A DNA stretch of 64,000 bases from Carcharhinus amblyrhynchos (Eukaryota): the NCBI GenBank assembly GCA_965287045.1, contig OZ336875.1, positions 74,710,001-74,774,000 of the forward strand, read 5' to 3'. Numbering within the stretch: position 1 is the stretch's first letter; each line of letters opens with the position of its first letter. The translations under genes were made by a program, and so were the position numbers. Under the pieces are notes generated by a model, which worked only from the letters and a program-made list of their open reading frames with translations, searched no databases and had not been told where the DNA came from. Shown here one piece after another: positions 11,077 through 23,800 of this stretch.

Positions 11077-13840
11077 ACTGTCTCATTCAAAAAGAGAGGT
11101 AGCGAGAGACAGACTGAGTGGGGCAAAGTACATTGAAAAGTATGTGTTGCCTGAAGGATGAACTGAACAGAAAAGCTGCCTATAAAGGGCAAGCTGTGAT
11201 TGCTTTGCGAATGAACTGACACTCCCAAAAGACTGACAATTTTCCTTCTTTATATCATTCTGGGGGGGGGAGTCAGTTGATTCGACGTGTAAAATAAAAA
11301 GCTGTAAATGTTGTAATATTTCACGAGCTGCACGCATATTAAGTGAAAGTGGAGCGCACCTGTAAAGTGCTTATTTAGGGTTTACTTCATTCATTTATCA
11401 ATGGACTTTTCTTTCGTGGGGGGTGAGCAAAATTGGAAAAGTGAGTGAAGGTTGCGGCATAAAGTGCGGCCGGCTCCTGTGTGTTTGGAACATGTTGGCT
11501 GTCTGTGAGCTGACTGGTTGTCCCTTTTGTGGCCTACCCGAATGCGAGATTTTCCCAGCAAGTCATTGAGTCACAAGAATGAGATAGGGGCCCGAGTTTT
11601 GAATCCTTCTGTCACTGTTTGAGTTGAAAGATCATGGATAAGTATCTTCTATTCCTTCCATAGACCTGGAAGGGGATGGGGGAGGAGGTGGTTGTGTCTG
11701 ATCTCCCTCTGTTTGATCACCAACCCCACTGGAAAATGTTAGAAGAGGAAAATTTGGGGCGGGATGTTTGGATTGTGGGTTGTGTGCCCTCTATGGGGCA
11801 ATATCTTGCCTAAGCCTTGTGTGTTGGGCAGTTGATGGGGTGTGGAGGGCACCTGTTGAGTCCAGTCAACAGGGCAGAAGCTGAGAATATTAGAGAAAAG
11901 ATAAACAGTGGCTTAAACAAACTTAGCCTGGCACTTTCTAGAGTAACAGTGTGTAGCAAAGCAGAACCAGAAAAGACTTGCAGCTTTTTGGCACAGTGTA
12001 GAATCACCGAGCCCCATTTTATTTCTAATAGGCCTGCCAGACAGAGAGGAAAAGGGTCTCTGTTTAATGCTCATTTCAGTGACATAATCATTGAGGCATT
12101 TCTGCCTTTACCACGATCTGATGAGCAGATAACCTGCCGATTTCAAAGGAGATGTAAATGATAGCCACTCTACCACAGTCATGCAATCCCATACTCCTAA
12201 ACTGCCACCTGGTATTGAAGGCAAGACCTCACCAACACTGACCAAGAAAGAGTTTTCTCAACCGAGCTCTACTTGTTAATGAAGTGGGTATTGAGATAAT
12301 TCCCGAACATATAACAGCAGAACTGAATCTGCGGTCACCATTTTAAATGTCATCATTTTGCCCTAAAGGTGCCTGTTTGCGGATTGTTTAATCTGGCCAC
12401 TGGATTTGCCATCATTCTGGCATACTGGGCAAATTTTGAAATCATTCCTCTTCCCTCACTGCCTTCCTGGCGTCTCCTGAAGGTGCAGTGTAATTGCTGC
12501 CAGCTCTTTAACCTTGTAGCTATTCCTCAAGTGTGGGGGTGGGCTGAATGGAGGGGGAAGCTCTGTCCTTTTTTCTACCTCGGGCCTCCACAGTACATAC
12601 CCTGTCCAGCAGAATTCTCCAACTGGCTTTGAGGGAGGTTGTGGAAAGGCCAGTTTCCATAGGTACTCGTCTCAACCTTGGTGAAAAAACCATTGATATT
12701 GGGGTCTGGCGAATGGGAGGACCCCTTGTCTGCAATTTACCCCATTGCTTCCCCTGCCTTACCAATTCCCTTCAGTGACACTGCACCCAGCTGCAGATTT
12801 CCAGCCTGAGCCCAGCAAAATCGTATCTTCCCCTTGGAGATGTGTTCTGCAGCTAGACCAGGAGTAGCCTGTTTGGTTCTATTTACTGCAGCAAATGTAT
12901 GCTGATACTAGGAAAGCCAGCTAACTATTATAAACTGCCCTTTGCTGATGAGGGGGATCCTTTTGCAAAGATGTCATGTTTAATGTGAATGAAAGCATGT
13001 GACAATATTTTCAGGATTAGAGAAAGAGCAAGGACCAAATGGGTGGCTGTTTCAAATAATCAGAACAGGCTGATGGGCTGAATAACGTCCTCCTGTGCTG
13101 CATGACTTTATAAAAATGCAGGGAAATGCTAGTAGCGTTTATTGCCTCAGTGAAGCACAAGTCTCTAAATGACCAACCTACTCGAGCGACCACTTGGCCA
13201 CCAGTCGCCAAGGCAACAGGTGGTAACTTATCACATTGGACAGGTTCCAGGAAGTCAAATAGTTTGAGAATTCATCTTCTGCCATTCAAATAATGCCATT
13301 CTGGAATTGGAGGAGGAGCAATAAGCTTCAGCCTCTGTGTTGATCCCCACCCCCACCCCGGTTACCTGTTCAGCATGCTTGCTGTAGAGTTGCCAGTATT
13401 CATTATCAAATTCTGGATGCCGTGGGGTTTTCTCTTTGGATTGTGCTGTATGCATGCATTAAGTGTGTTGGGAAAGGGTGCATGAAACTGTGCCAGCCAC
13501 TTCACCCGCATGCCTTGTGTCCAGGCACTATTCAGACCCTGGTTGAATGTGATCTTGAGGTTGGGTTTGTAATTCACTCCCTGGGCTTTATGACTGAGCT
13601 TCCTCCCTGTCGTTCTATTTATTATTATTTATTTTTTTCCTCTGCAAACACAAAAGAAACGTACCACTGTCTCCTTTCACTTCTTGAGCTAGTTTAGTGC
13701 AGCAAGATGTATTTTAGTGATGCACTTTGTAATGTATTAGAGATCTATGGAGCCAGTTTTGTACTTTTTTTATACTGTTGATATTCTTCTACTCAAAATT
13801 TTTTATTAGTCTTGAAATAAAGTAGATGGCTTTATAAAGA
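11077..13840 (+). other. SINHCAF: SINHCAF 3'UTR (inferred extent)
   Basis: Repeat-free stretch after the stop codon with an AU-rich tract at about 13616-13640. AATAAA at 11293-11298 (proximal) and 13816-13821 (distal). SINE sequence resumes shortly after. Confidence 0.6.
13816..13821 (+). terminator. Candidate polyadenylation signal of SINHCAF
   Basis: AATAAA preceded by U-rich sequence and followed by a GT-rich tract (ttgtggttttcc). Confidence 0.55.
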
Positions 13841-15321
13841 AGTTGCCTGCATTTGTGGTTTTCCTTTGGTAGGTACAGGCTGCCTGATAGAGGGTGACCT
13901 GCAGCAAGCTGGCCTAGCCAGCAATACCCCACCCGCTAAATGATTATTAAAATAAAATCTGAAGCAAGTCCAGGCTGGGTGATAGTTTGCCCACTTCTGG
14001 TAGAAGGCTTGAGCTCCTCTCCAAAGACTTTGAGCAGAAAACCTTGACTGACGCTCCAGTACCGTTATGAGAGTGTGCTGCACTGTCAGAGGTGCCTTTG
14101 TTCAAACAGGGTCCTGTGCATCATCAGGTTTCAAAGTCCACTGCCACATTCTTGCTGGGGAACCTATGCAATGAGTACAAAAGGGTCAATCAAAATGGGT
14201 TGAAATATGGTGGGACCCCTTATCCTTGGGCCACTTTTGTTACTGTGAAGGCCTGTTTAGTATTCTTAGAAATACTGGGCAGGCGGAGCACTGGCAAACA
14301 AGTCCTCACTGGCAGAAAAGGTGGAGGATGGTGTGCCATCTGGAATATCTCAATGGCTTTTTTTTTGTGGGTGAAAGCTGCAACAATATCATCTTTGTTT
14401 CCTTGCTGTTGGATCAAGGATTTGTTCTGTCGAGACATGGGTAGATGCCAGTGGGCAACGATTTCTCCATACTAAAAGATTTCACGCACCAATGTCTTTC
14501 CAAGCACATCTCGCAAGCCTTTCAATGATCAGCAAGTTGTGACAGGAGCAGGATTGTGTCATCGACAGATTCATGGAAGGTGATTAACCTCGCTCGCGAG
14601 GGATAGCCATTTGAGATACAGGGAAATGCAAAAGGATCCATGGCATTATTCAACACAGAACAGGGAATTTTATCATAGTTTCCTGACCAAAATCTATCCC
14701 TCAACCAACATAAACAAGTTTTGTTTGTGGGACCTCTGTGTGGCAAATTGGCTGCTGTATTTCCCTGCCATATAACAGGGACGACAACACTTGAAAGTGC
14801 TTTACAGCTCATGAAGTATAGTTAAGCACAAAGACAATTCTGTTCTAACAGAAAGGCGAGTCCATTCACCTGCCTGCAGCAGGTGAAGTCACTGAAGCTC
14901 TGAAATTTGCTCCTTCTCATGCCACAAGGGATATCAGCCAATCAGCACTCTAATTCGATATCCGACTGATGGCTGCTGCATCCCAGTCAAAAGTTCCCGG
15001 CTGGTCCAAGCAACAGGCTTCTCCGCTAGAGTGACAACTGAGCCTGCTAGGTTGTGTGTGCTGACACAACATAGGCAAAATGGGTGCTGGGGACAGAGCA
15101 ATTGTCATTCTAATAGATGCAGCATAATTTATCTTGACTGAACATATCCATTGCCTCACAAAGGTTCAGTGTCTGTCAGGTCTCCATGCCTTGAGACAGC
15201 TGTTTTAGTGGTTCTTGGCTGAAGGATAAATATTGGCTGGGAATTCTGGATGAACACCTCTGCTCTCCTTCAAGTGGTGTCATGGGAACAGTCGTGATTG
15301 TCTCAGAAGATGGGTTTAATC

Positions 15322-15713
15322 CAGTGGTGGGCAACCTATGGTTCTGATTGTGGCCCACAACACAATTGGACTGCTGCCCACGCACAGAGCTGCCACATTC
15401 TGCTGCTTTCCATCCACATTTTTTTTCTTATCGGTACAACTGAAGTGAGATGCATACTGATTGCTCCAAACATTGACTGTGAGAGCCATGTATTCCCTCT
15501 GTCAAAAGTGTAAATATTTCCTTTTTTTACTATTTGAAGTTGATGAGACTTCTATTATGCATCTTCCCATTATGAAATATTCAGTGTATTAAATGTATTT
15601 AATTTTATTCATGAGGTCATGGTTAGTGAACAAGCCTGATTTCAATCATGTGGCCCACTGAGATGAAGACGGGCCATCATTCAACCTACTCACTAACCTA
15701 GTTTACATCACCG
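15322..15713. mobile_element. hAT-type MITE
   Basis: Left TIR CAGTGGTGGGCAACC, degenerate right TIR, 8-bp TSD GTTTAATC / GTTTAATA. Inserted in a Deu-type SINE. Confidence 0.7.
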
Positions 15714-16299
15714 GTTTAATATCTCACCTGAAAGATAGTCTCTAACACTTTGTGATTGCTTGCAACTTCATTGCTGCTATGTTTTGGAAGAGAGTGTTGC
15801 TACCTTGGGGAGAGAACTAAGATTCAGTTATGACAGTGCAGCACTTCTTCAATTCTGCTCACTGTAGTAACAGTGCAGTGTAATTGAGTTAGGAGATGGT
15901 TCAGTAAAATTAATCCAAGTGAGCTATACATTTGAAGTTTATTTGTCTAAGATCCTGCCAATTTCTGTCTGGTGTACAATATTTGGAATAACCTGTGCTT
16001 TCTCCAGTAGCAGGTGGTTAAACCAGCATCTGTTAAACCACACGCTGACTACACAGACAGTCGGTGCAGTGAAGTTGCTATACACCGCTGACATTAAATC
16101 ATGACACTGTCTACTGTCTTGCTCCCCTGCTGAAGATGATGAAGAGCGGAAGGCGGCTAATGGCTCAAAACAGTTTGTTATCGCCATGCCAACAGCATCC
16201 ATTTGGCAACTTAGAGCTGCAAGTCATCACAATGCTTTTTGAAAAAGACTATTGCTACCTTGGGGAGAGAACATCAATGAACATAAAATGACCTTTAAA

Positions 16300-17455
16300 A
16301 TCAAGGTTTCTCCAAACTCTTGCTAATGCCTTCTATACCAGGCAACATCCTGGTAAATCTTTTCTGTATCCTCTCCAAAGCTTCCATATCCTTCTGGTAG
16401 TGTGGCGATCAGAATTGAATATAATATTCCAAGTGTGTCCTAAACTTCTATAAAGCTGCAACTTGACTTGCCAATTTTTAAACTCAATGCCCCGGCCAAT
16501 GAAGGCAAGCATGCCTTATGCCTTCACGATTACTTTCTTTACCTGTATTGCCACTTTCAGTGACCTGCTTCTCCACTGAGGTGGCAACTGAGTCCGCTAG
16601 TTCTGTGTGCTGACTAACACACAACATATGCAATATGGGTGCTGGGGACAGAGTTATTGTCATTCCAATGGATGCAGCACAATTCATCCTGATTGTCAGG
16701 CAGTCGATAGCATGCAAAGGCCCAGTGTCTGTTAGGTCACCATGCCCTGAGACAGCTGTTTTAGTGGTAGTTGGTTGAAGAATAAATATTGGCTGGGAAT
16801 TTTGGCCGAACACCCCTGCTCTCCTTCAAGTGGTGTCATGGCAATGTTCATGATTGTCTGACGATATGGATTTAATCCAGTGGTGGGCAATCACTGATTG
16901 TGGTTCTTGAAACATTTTATTGATTATTGGCCACGTGCAGGGCTGTCACATTCTGCTGATTTCCATCCACGTAGCTTTCCTTATCGGTACAACTGAAGTA
17001 ATGCACACATGAAACAAGGGCAAGTGAGGTGCATGCTGATTATACACAATATTGACTGTGACAGCCATGCACTCCCTGTGTACAAAGTGTAAATATTTCT
17101 TTTGTTTTTATGATTTGAAGTTGACAGCAGTTCTAGGAAGCATTTTCTATAACTCATGAGATATTCAGCGCACCTTCTTGACTACCTCCTCCGCTACCTT
17201 CTCCACCTGCGTTGCTACTTTCAGTGACCTGTGTACCTGTACACCCAGATCCCTCTGCCTATCAATGCCCTTAAGGATTCTGCCATTTACTGTATGTTTC
17301 CCATCTGTGTTAAACCGTACAAAATGCATTACCTCATATTTGTCCGGACTAAACTCCATCTGCCATTTCTGTGCCCAAGTCTCCAACCAATCTATATCTT
17401 GCTGTATCCTCTGACAGTCCTCACTGCTATCTGCAATTCCTCCAACCTTTGTGTT
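16300..17455 (-). mobile_element. CR1 RT fragments flanking the duplicated segment
   Basis: TKVGGIADSSEDCQRIQQDID...WQMEF...RDLGVQVH at 17170-17455, continuing at 16300-16566. Confidence 0.85.
16567..17160 (+). repeat. Diverged direct duplication of about 15016-15615
   Basis: Colinear similarity including the SINE/MITE junction (tttaatccagtggtgggcaa) in both copies. Confidence 0.9.
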
Positions 17456-18599
17456 GTGGAGTAGCTGAGCCAGTCTCACTGCCAGCAAGTGCAAACTCAG
17501 GATCCACTTATTACCTTGGCTTTGGAACCCTGCAAGTCACAGTAAAATTTGGCATTTTAAGGCTAGGATCAACAGTAGGTAACACAAAAGTACAAAATTC
17601 ACAAGACTGGAATAAGGTTAGATATTTGGACAATAATGACATTCCCAAAGGATAAAGTATACATGGAACAGACACGAAAAAAGCCATTGATTCTTGGTCA
17701 GTTGATCCTTTAAAAGGAATTGGATCAATACTGTGAGAAGCATGATTGAGGTTTACAGTTATTTTAACCATGCTGTTTTTTTTCTCCACATGGAGGTAGA
17801 GATAGGAATTTATCATTCTTTACAATGAACAAATGATAAGGGAGGAAAGTTCCTAATAAAATAATCATAAGGGGCTCTGGGGTGGAGAGGGTTTGTTGCC
17901 ATTGGCCTTTCCATGCTCTGCTCTTTATATTTCAAATGACACAACAACCTATGGAAACACAGGCTTCACTTCCATGGCATGATGCTGTCATTCTATTCTG
18001 GCCTATAATATTACACCTTGCTCCTGTTTCAGAACCAAAACTGACAGCTTCATTTCAGAAGGCCTGCTGCATAAAAGATTATCCTTTGATCTACTGGGCT
18101 TCCATTCCCTTTTCAAGACTGCACAAACTACAATTCTTCAAATCACCAATCACCCTGGCAGGCCTGAACATTTAACTGGAGCGATGTCAGATAATGCTTA
18201 CAAATGCCATGACCCCCAAGCTGTCAATAATGGGATTGGTGGCAGGATGTTACAAGCGGAAATGGTTTGTATCACTAGCTAGCTTTTTGGCAGGAGGCCA
18301 GTATGGGCTGCAGATGGGAAATGACGACAGGAACCTTCGGTTCACTGGCTAAAACTGATTTGGTGAGCTGGGACAGAGGTCAGGGTGTGGGCGGTGTGTT
18401 GGGTGGGTAAGTACCTAAGGAAGCACAAAGCCGTTTGTGGAATCTTGCTTCATGCTGCATTTCCCATATTAACTGCAACTTCAGGAATACTTCATTGGTT
18501 GTCAAGTACTTTGGGATATCATTAACTGGCTAAATAGATGTATGTTCTTTCTTTCAATACAGCATGACTGGTTGGCACTGAGGTAGCTAATAGATGAAA

Positions 18600-18740
18600 T
18601 AGGAGCACCCAGAGGAAACCCATGCAGACACGGGGAAAATGTGCAAACTCCACGCAGATGGTAACCTATTCCAGGAATTGAACCCAGGTTCCTGGGGCTG
18701 TGAGGCAGCAGTGCTAACCACTATGCCACCGTGCCACCCA
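18600..18740 (-). mobile_element. V-SINE 5' part
   Basis: ggagcacccagaggaaaccc...gcagtgctaaccactatgccaccgtgcc. Confidence 0.8.
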
Positions 18741-19567
18741 ATAAGTTAAGTTAAAAGAACAAAGAACAAGAAGTTGAACAAGGTCCTGTCGGGTGAAGTT
18801 AAGTAAAAGTAGAGAAGGTGCTCTGAGTTAAAGAGACAACTGCAGTAACCAGTTTTAATTTGAGAAGCCAGGTGCCTGCAGAAAATTAAAAGAATGGTGA
18901 CCTTTTAGTACAACTTGTGAAGGAGTGGTGTTCTGTTGGCTTGGCTGGGTACCTACAGGATAGGATAGAAGCTTGAGTGCAGCTGGCAATCCCATGTAGA
19001 GGAATGCTGAGAGGTTGAAATTCTGGATGTGGATCCTTGGTGAAGGTATTGCATCATAGTCAATCTTTTCAGATTTTATAAAGGTTTTATTATTTTGTTA
19101 AAAGTTGATTGGTAAGCTTGTGACTCTGCTGATCCATTTCTGTAAACAAAAATATAAAAGTTATGACCTATTGAGTCAGGGTTCCATTCTGAGACTTGAC
19201 TGTCCAGTGATTGCATCAGCTTGGGTTGTAACAATGTTCGATATTTAATCAGCGCATAGTTGCTCAGTGTTTGATTTTGTGAAGTGTTCAATGTAATGCC
19301 CTTACAGTAATTAATCTTCAGGTTAGGTTCTCACAGATCAAGACACCCCAGATAAAAAAAAGAATACCTGAGGGCCAAGAGTCACCCAAGATATAAGGAG
19401 ACCACTGTGCAGGTTAGGAAACATCAAACTCAGTATGTATGGCTGTTAAAAAGCATTGCCATTTTGGTAAAATTACTTGCCAGTTTATTAACCAGAGAAT
19501 TTAAAGTGAAAGAACAAGTCATTTGATAACTTTGTTCATGTGATGCAATCAAGCATTTTGCTCCAAA

Positions 19568-19645
19568 GTGAGAAGTCTCACAATACTAGGTTAAAGTCCA
19601 ACAGGGTTCCAGAGCTTCCAGAGCGTTGCTCCTTCGTCAGGTGAA
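19568..19645 (-). mobile_element. Short Penelope pLTR-derived insertion with degenerate hammerhead
   Basis: Reverse complement reads CACCTGACGAAGGAGCAACGCTCTGGAAGCT. TSD TGCTCCAAA at 19559 and 19646. Confidence 0.8.
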
Positions 19646-19702
19646 TGCTCCAAAATACAACAATTTACTTTCCCCTCCTTTCTAACATCTCCATAGTTAC
19701 TG

Positions 19703-19831
19703 TAAGAAGTCTCACAACACCAGGTTAAAGTCCAATAGCATTCCAAAAGTTTGTGATTCCAAATAAACCTGGTGATGTGAGACCTCTTACTGTGCCCACC
19801 CCAGTACAACACTGGCATCTCCACATCATGG
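19703..19831. mobile_element. Short Penelope pLTR-derived insertion (internally inverted)
   Basis: gtaagaagtctcacaacaccagg ... cctggtgatgtgagacctcttac. TSD CTCCATAG(T/C)TACTG at 19689 and 19832. Confidence 0.8.
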
Positions 19832-19871
19832 CTCCATAGCTACTGATAGCCTACTGATACTGCCCAACAAA

Positions 19872-20015
19872 GAGGTGTGTTACTGTGTACAGAGCCCATG
19901 TGGGTGTTGCTGAATACAGGGCCCATGTGGGTGTTACTGTATGTATACCAGGCAAGTGTTGCTGTCAACAGGGCCGAGATGGGTTTTGCTGATTGTATAC
20001 CCAAGAGGGTGTTGT
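19872..20015. repeat. Degenerate minisatellite with a unit of about 28-30 bp
   Basis: Recurrent GTGTT(A/G)CTG...ACAG(A/G)GCCCATGTGG units, about 5 copies. Confidence 0.7.
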
Positions 20016-20812
20016 TTAGTGGCTTGGACAGTGTTGCTGAATAAGTGACAAAGGTTCATCAATTTTAACTTGTAACTCTGGGAGTGAGAATTGAGGCGAG
20101 GCGAGATTTCTTTTTGTATAGAGTTGTTGAACCCTGAATGGATTGAATCATTAATACAGAGATGATTGCATTGTTTGACAGATAATTGAACAAAGAGTTG
20201 CAGCAGAGGTCTAAGGGGAGATGATAATGTAGTCGGATTGATTTAAATTTGCTTTAGCAAAGGTCTTTGTTTGTTTGGTAAATTAGCGGCAACGATGTAA
20301 AGTTCCTTGGATTGTTGGTTTGTTTTGGACAACACTCACAATTAACCCTGTCACCATCAAGCCTGTTGCTGCCTTCTCCATCACAATGTTAACTCAAAGC
20401 TAGTGGAGAGGTTCCAAGGTAATATTATTCATGTGCTGGCTTGTAACCAAGAAATAAATGCATCATCTCTGTGTCTGGCAGCACATTGAGGCAGTCTATG
20501 GAGGAGGAGACTTGGTGCACATATTAGATTTTGTATTTGTTGCCAATGATCGTGACATAATCAGCACCCCTCGTATTCGAAAGATGTCCCAAAACACTTT
20601 ACTTTAGCTTTACTTTTGACATATAGTGACTGCTACAATGTAGGAAATACTTACACAGCAAGATTCCATGAACACAAAAAAAAAGAAAAGCACAGCACAG
20701 GACCAGACTCTTCGGTCCTCCAAGCCTATGATGATCATGATGCCCTAACTAAAAAAAACTTTCTGCCCTTACTTGATCCATATCCCTCTATTTCCCGTGC
20801 TATTCATGTACC

Positions 20813-23800
20813 TCATTGTTCTCCGGAGCAGTGTACTGGTGGCTGGTGAGTGTAAACTGCGAGTGTACTGTTTTTTTCAAATTGCATTGCTAGGTCGCGG
20901 GGTTTTTTTTCCTTTTGTGCTTTCCGTAGTGGGTCCTAGGCGCAAGGGCTGTTGGGAAGGGAGCGAGGGAGTATAAAAACAAGGCCATAGTAGACAGCGG
21001 GTAGTGGAGTGAGGTGGGTGTTGAGTGAGTACTGCAAGGGCTTTGGTTCACAGGGCTTAGATGACAGCAGGCTTAGGCAAGGTGAGTTACTGGTCAAATT
21101 TTTCTAAGTGTGTCCATAGATCTAAGGGAAGTCAAATAAATGGCAGGGTCCATGGGGAGATGTGTCAGCTGTGTAAGGTGCAGTATGTGGGAGTTCCTGG
21201 AGACACAGCATCTCTGGACAGTCCACATCTGCACCAAATGTCTGGAGTTGCAGCTTTTGAGGGCCCGGGTTAGACAACTGGAGTTGAGGCTGGAGGATTT
21301 ATTTTTAGTTAGGGAAAATGAGGCACTAATGAATAGGAACCAGATTCAAGAGGGGATCCCAGAGCCAAGGAGGGGGGATGGGTGGGTTACAGTTAGGAAG
21401 GGGAAAAAGGAGAGGAGTAATGTTCCAAAGGCTACCCCAGGGGTAGTCTCTCAAGATAGCAGGGGTAAGGTGCCAACTGAGGTGGAAAGGGCATGAGGGG
21501 AAGAGGAAAATGCCTCAGAGGGAAGGAAGGGGGCTGGATGTGAGATAGTGGTGGGGGGTGGGAGGGTTAAAGGAATTGATAGGTGGTTCTGTGGGCAAAA
21601 GTGGGACTCCAGGATGGTAGTCTGCCTCCCTGGAGCAGGGGTACAGGATGTGTCGGAGAGGGTAAAGGGAATCTTGAAGGGCCAAGGGACCCAGGCGGAT
21701 GTAGTTATACATGTAGGAGAGAAGGACATAGGAAGGAAGAGTTGGGGGGGCAAATACGTACACAGTTCAGGAAGTTGGGAGCCAGGCTGAAGTGTAGGGC
21801 CTCCAGGGTGGTGATCTCTGGGCTGCTGCCAATGCCCAGCAATAGCAGGGATAAGAATAATGAGATCCTGCAGCTGAATGCGTGGCTGAGGGATTGGTGC
21901 AGGACAGAGAGTTTTAGTTTTGTTGACCATTGGGAAGTCTTTGCAAAGGAAGGGCACTTGTATAAGAGGGATAGGGAACACTTAAATGGGAAGGGTACAC
22001 ATATTTTAGCTGGGAGTCTGGCTGGAGTGTTTAGGCAGGGTTTAAACTAGTATGGGGGGCGGGGGGTGGTGGGGAGGAGAGAGACAGCTCAGGCACTGGG
22101 AGTGAGTTGGAGGTCAGGGTAAGTCTAGATGATAGGAAAATCCCCCTGGAGAAGGAGGATCCGAGAGGGCCTGAGGGTCTTAGGTGCATCTGTTTTAATG
22201 CGAGGAGTGTGACGGGAAAGTCGGATGAACTTAGGGCCTTGATGTTCGCGAGGAATTTAGATGTGGTGGCAGTGACAGAGACATGGTTAAAGGAGGGGCA
22301 GGACTGGCAGCTAAATATTCCAGGGTATAAGTGTTTTAGGCGTGATGGGGAGGGTTGAAAAGAGGAGGGGGAGTGGTGCTCTTAGTTAGGGAGAAGATCA
22401 CAGCGGTGCAGAGGGAGGATAACATGGAGGGGTTGGAAATTGAGTCTCTGTGGGTAGAGTTGAGGAATAGGAAGGGGGCCATTACTATGCTAGGAGTGTA
22501 CTATAGGCTGCCCGATAGCCCACGGGCAGTGGAAGAGAGTATATGTAGGGACATTTTGGATAAGTGTAGGAAGAACAGGGTTGTTGTAGTAGGAGATTTT
22601 AATCTCCCTGCGGTGGATTGGAAGGTGCCTAGAGCTGGGGGGGTCTGATGGGGAGGAATTTGTAAGATGTGTATTGGAAGGATCCTTGCAACAGTATGTA
22701 GATAGCCCGACTAGAGAGGGGGCTATACTGGATTTAGTTCTGGGAAATGAGCTGGGTCAGGTGGTTGAGGTTGCGGTAGGCGAACGTGTGGCTAATAGTG
22801 ACCACAACTCTGTCTACTTTAGGATACGAATGGAAAAAGACGAGAGCTGTCCTAAGGGGAGGGTGCTAAATTAGGGAAAGGCTAGATACAGCTGGATTAG
22901 GCAGGAGCTTAGGGATACAGACTGGGATAGGCTGTTGGAGGGCAAAACCACGTTAGGCATGTGGGAGTCTTTCAAGGGAAAACTGCAAAGGGTGCAGGAA
23001 AGGCATATGCCGGTTAGGAGAAAGGATGGGAAAGGTAGGATTAGGGAACCGTGGATTACTAGAGATATAGAAGACCTGGTTAGGAAGAAATGAGAGGTGT
23101 ATGTCAGGTCTAAGCAGCTGGGAACGGAGAGAGCGTTGGAGGAATACAGAGAGTAGGAGGGATCTCAAACGGGGAGTTAGGAGAGCAAAGAGGGGGCATG
23201 AGATGGCTTTGGCAGGTAGGGTTAAGGAGAATCCAAAGACGTTTTACTCCTATCTTAAGAACAAAAGGGTGGCTAGGGGTAAAATCGGTCCTCTCAGGGA
23301 CAGACGTAGGGAATTGTGCTTAGAGGCAGAGGGAATGGGGGAGATCCTGAATGAGTACTTTGCGTTGGTATTCACGAAGGAGAGGGGCTTGATGTCTGGT
23401 ACGGTCATTGAGGGAGCGGTAGACCAATTGAAAGATCTATCGATTACAAGGGAAGAAGTGTTAGGGCTTTTAGCTGGCATTAAAACCGATAAATCTCGGG
23501 GGCCCAATTGCATTTATCCTAGATTGCTTAGGGAGGCGAGGGATGAGATTGCTGGGCCTCTGACGCAAATCTTTGTCTCTTCTTTGGACACAGGTGAGGT
23601 CCCAGAGGACTGGAGGATAGCGAACGTGGTACCGTTGTTTAAAAAGGGTAGGAGGGATAGCCCAGGTAACTATAGGCCGGTGAGCTTAACGTCAGTGGTA
23701 GGTAAGTTGATGGAGAGGATTCTTAGGAATAGGATGTATGCACACTTAGAGCGTTGCGATCTGATTAAGGATACGCAGCATGGCTTTGTAAAGGGGAAGT

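Noticed and set aside
18200-18370. Possible exon ending in GTGAGC
   Set aside because: No recognisable homology, a stop in the most plausible frame, and no convincing acceptor.
19872-20015. Repeat array resembling CRISPR
   Set aside because: Eukaryotic DNA, degenerate adjacent units, no unique spacers and no cas genes.
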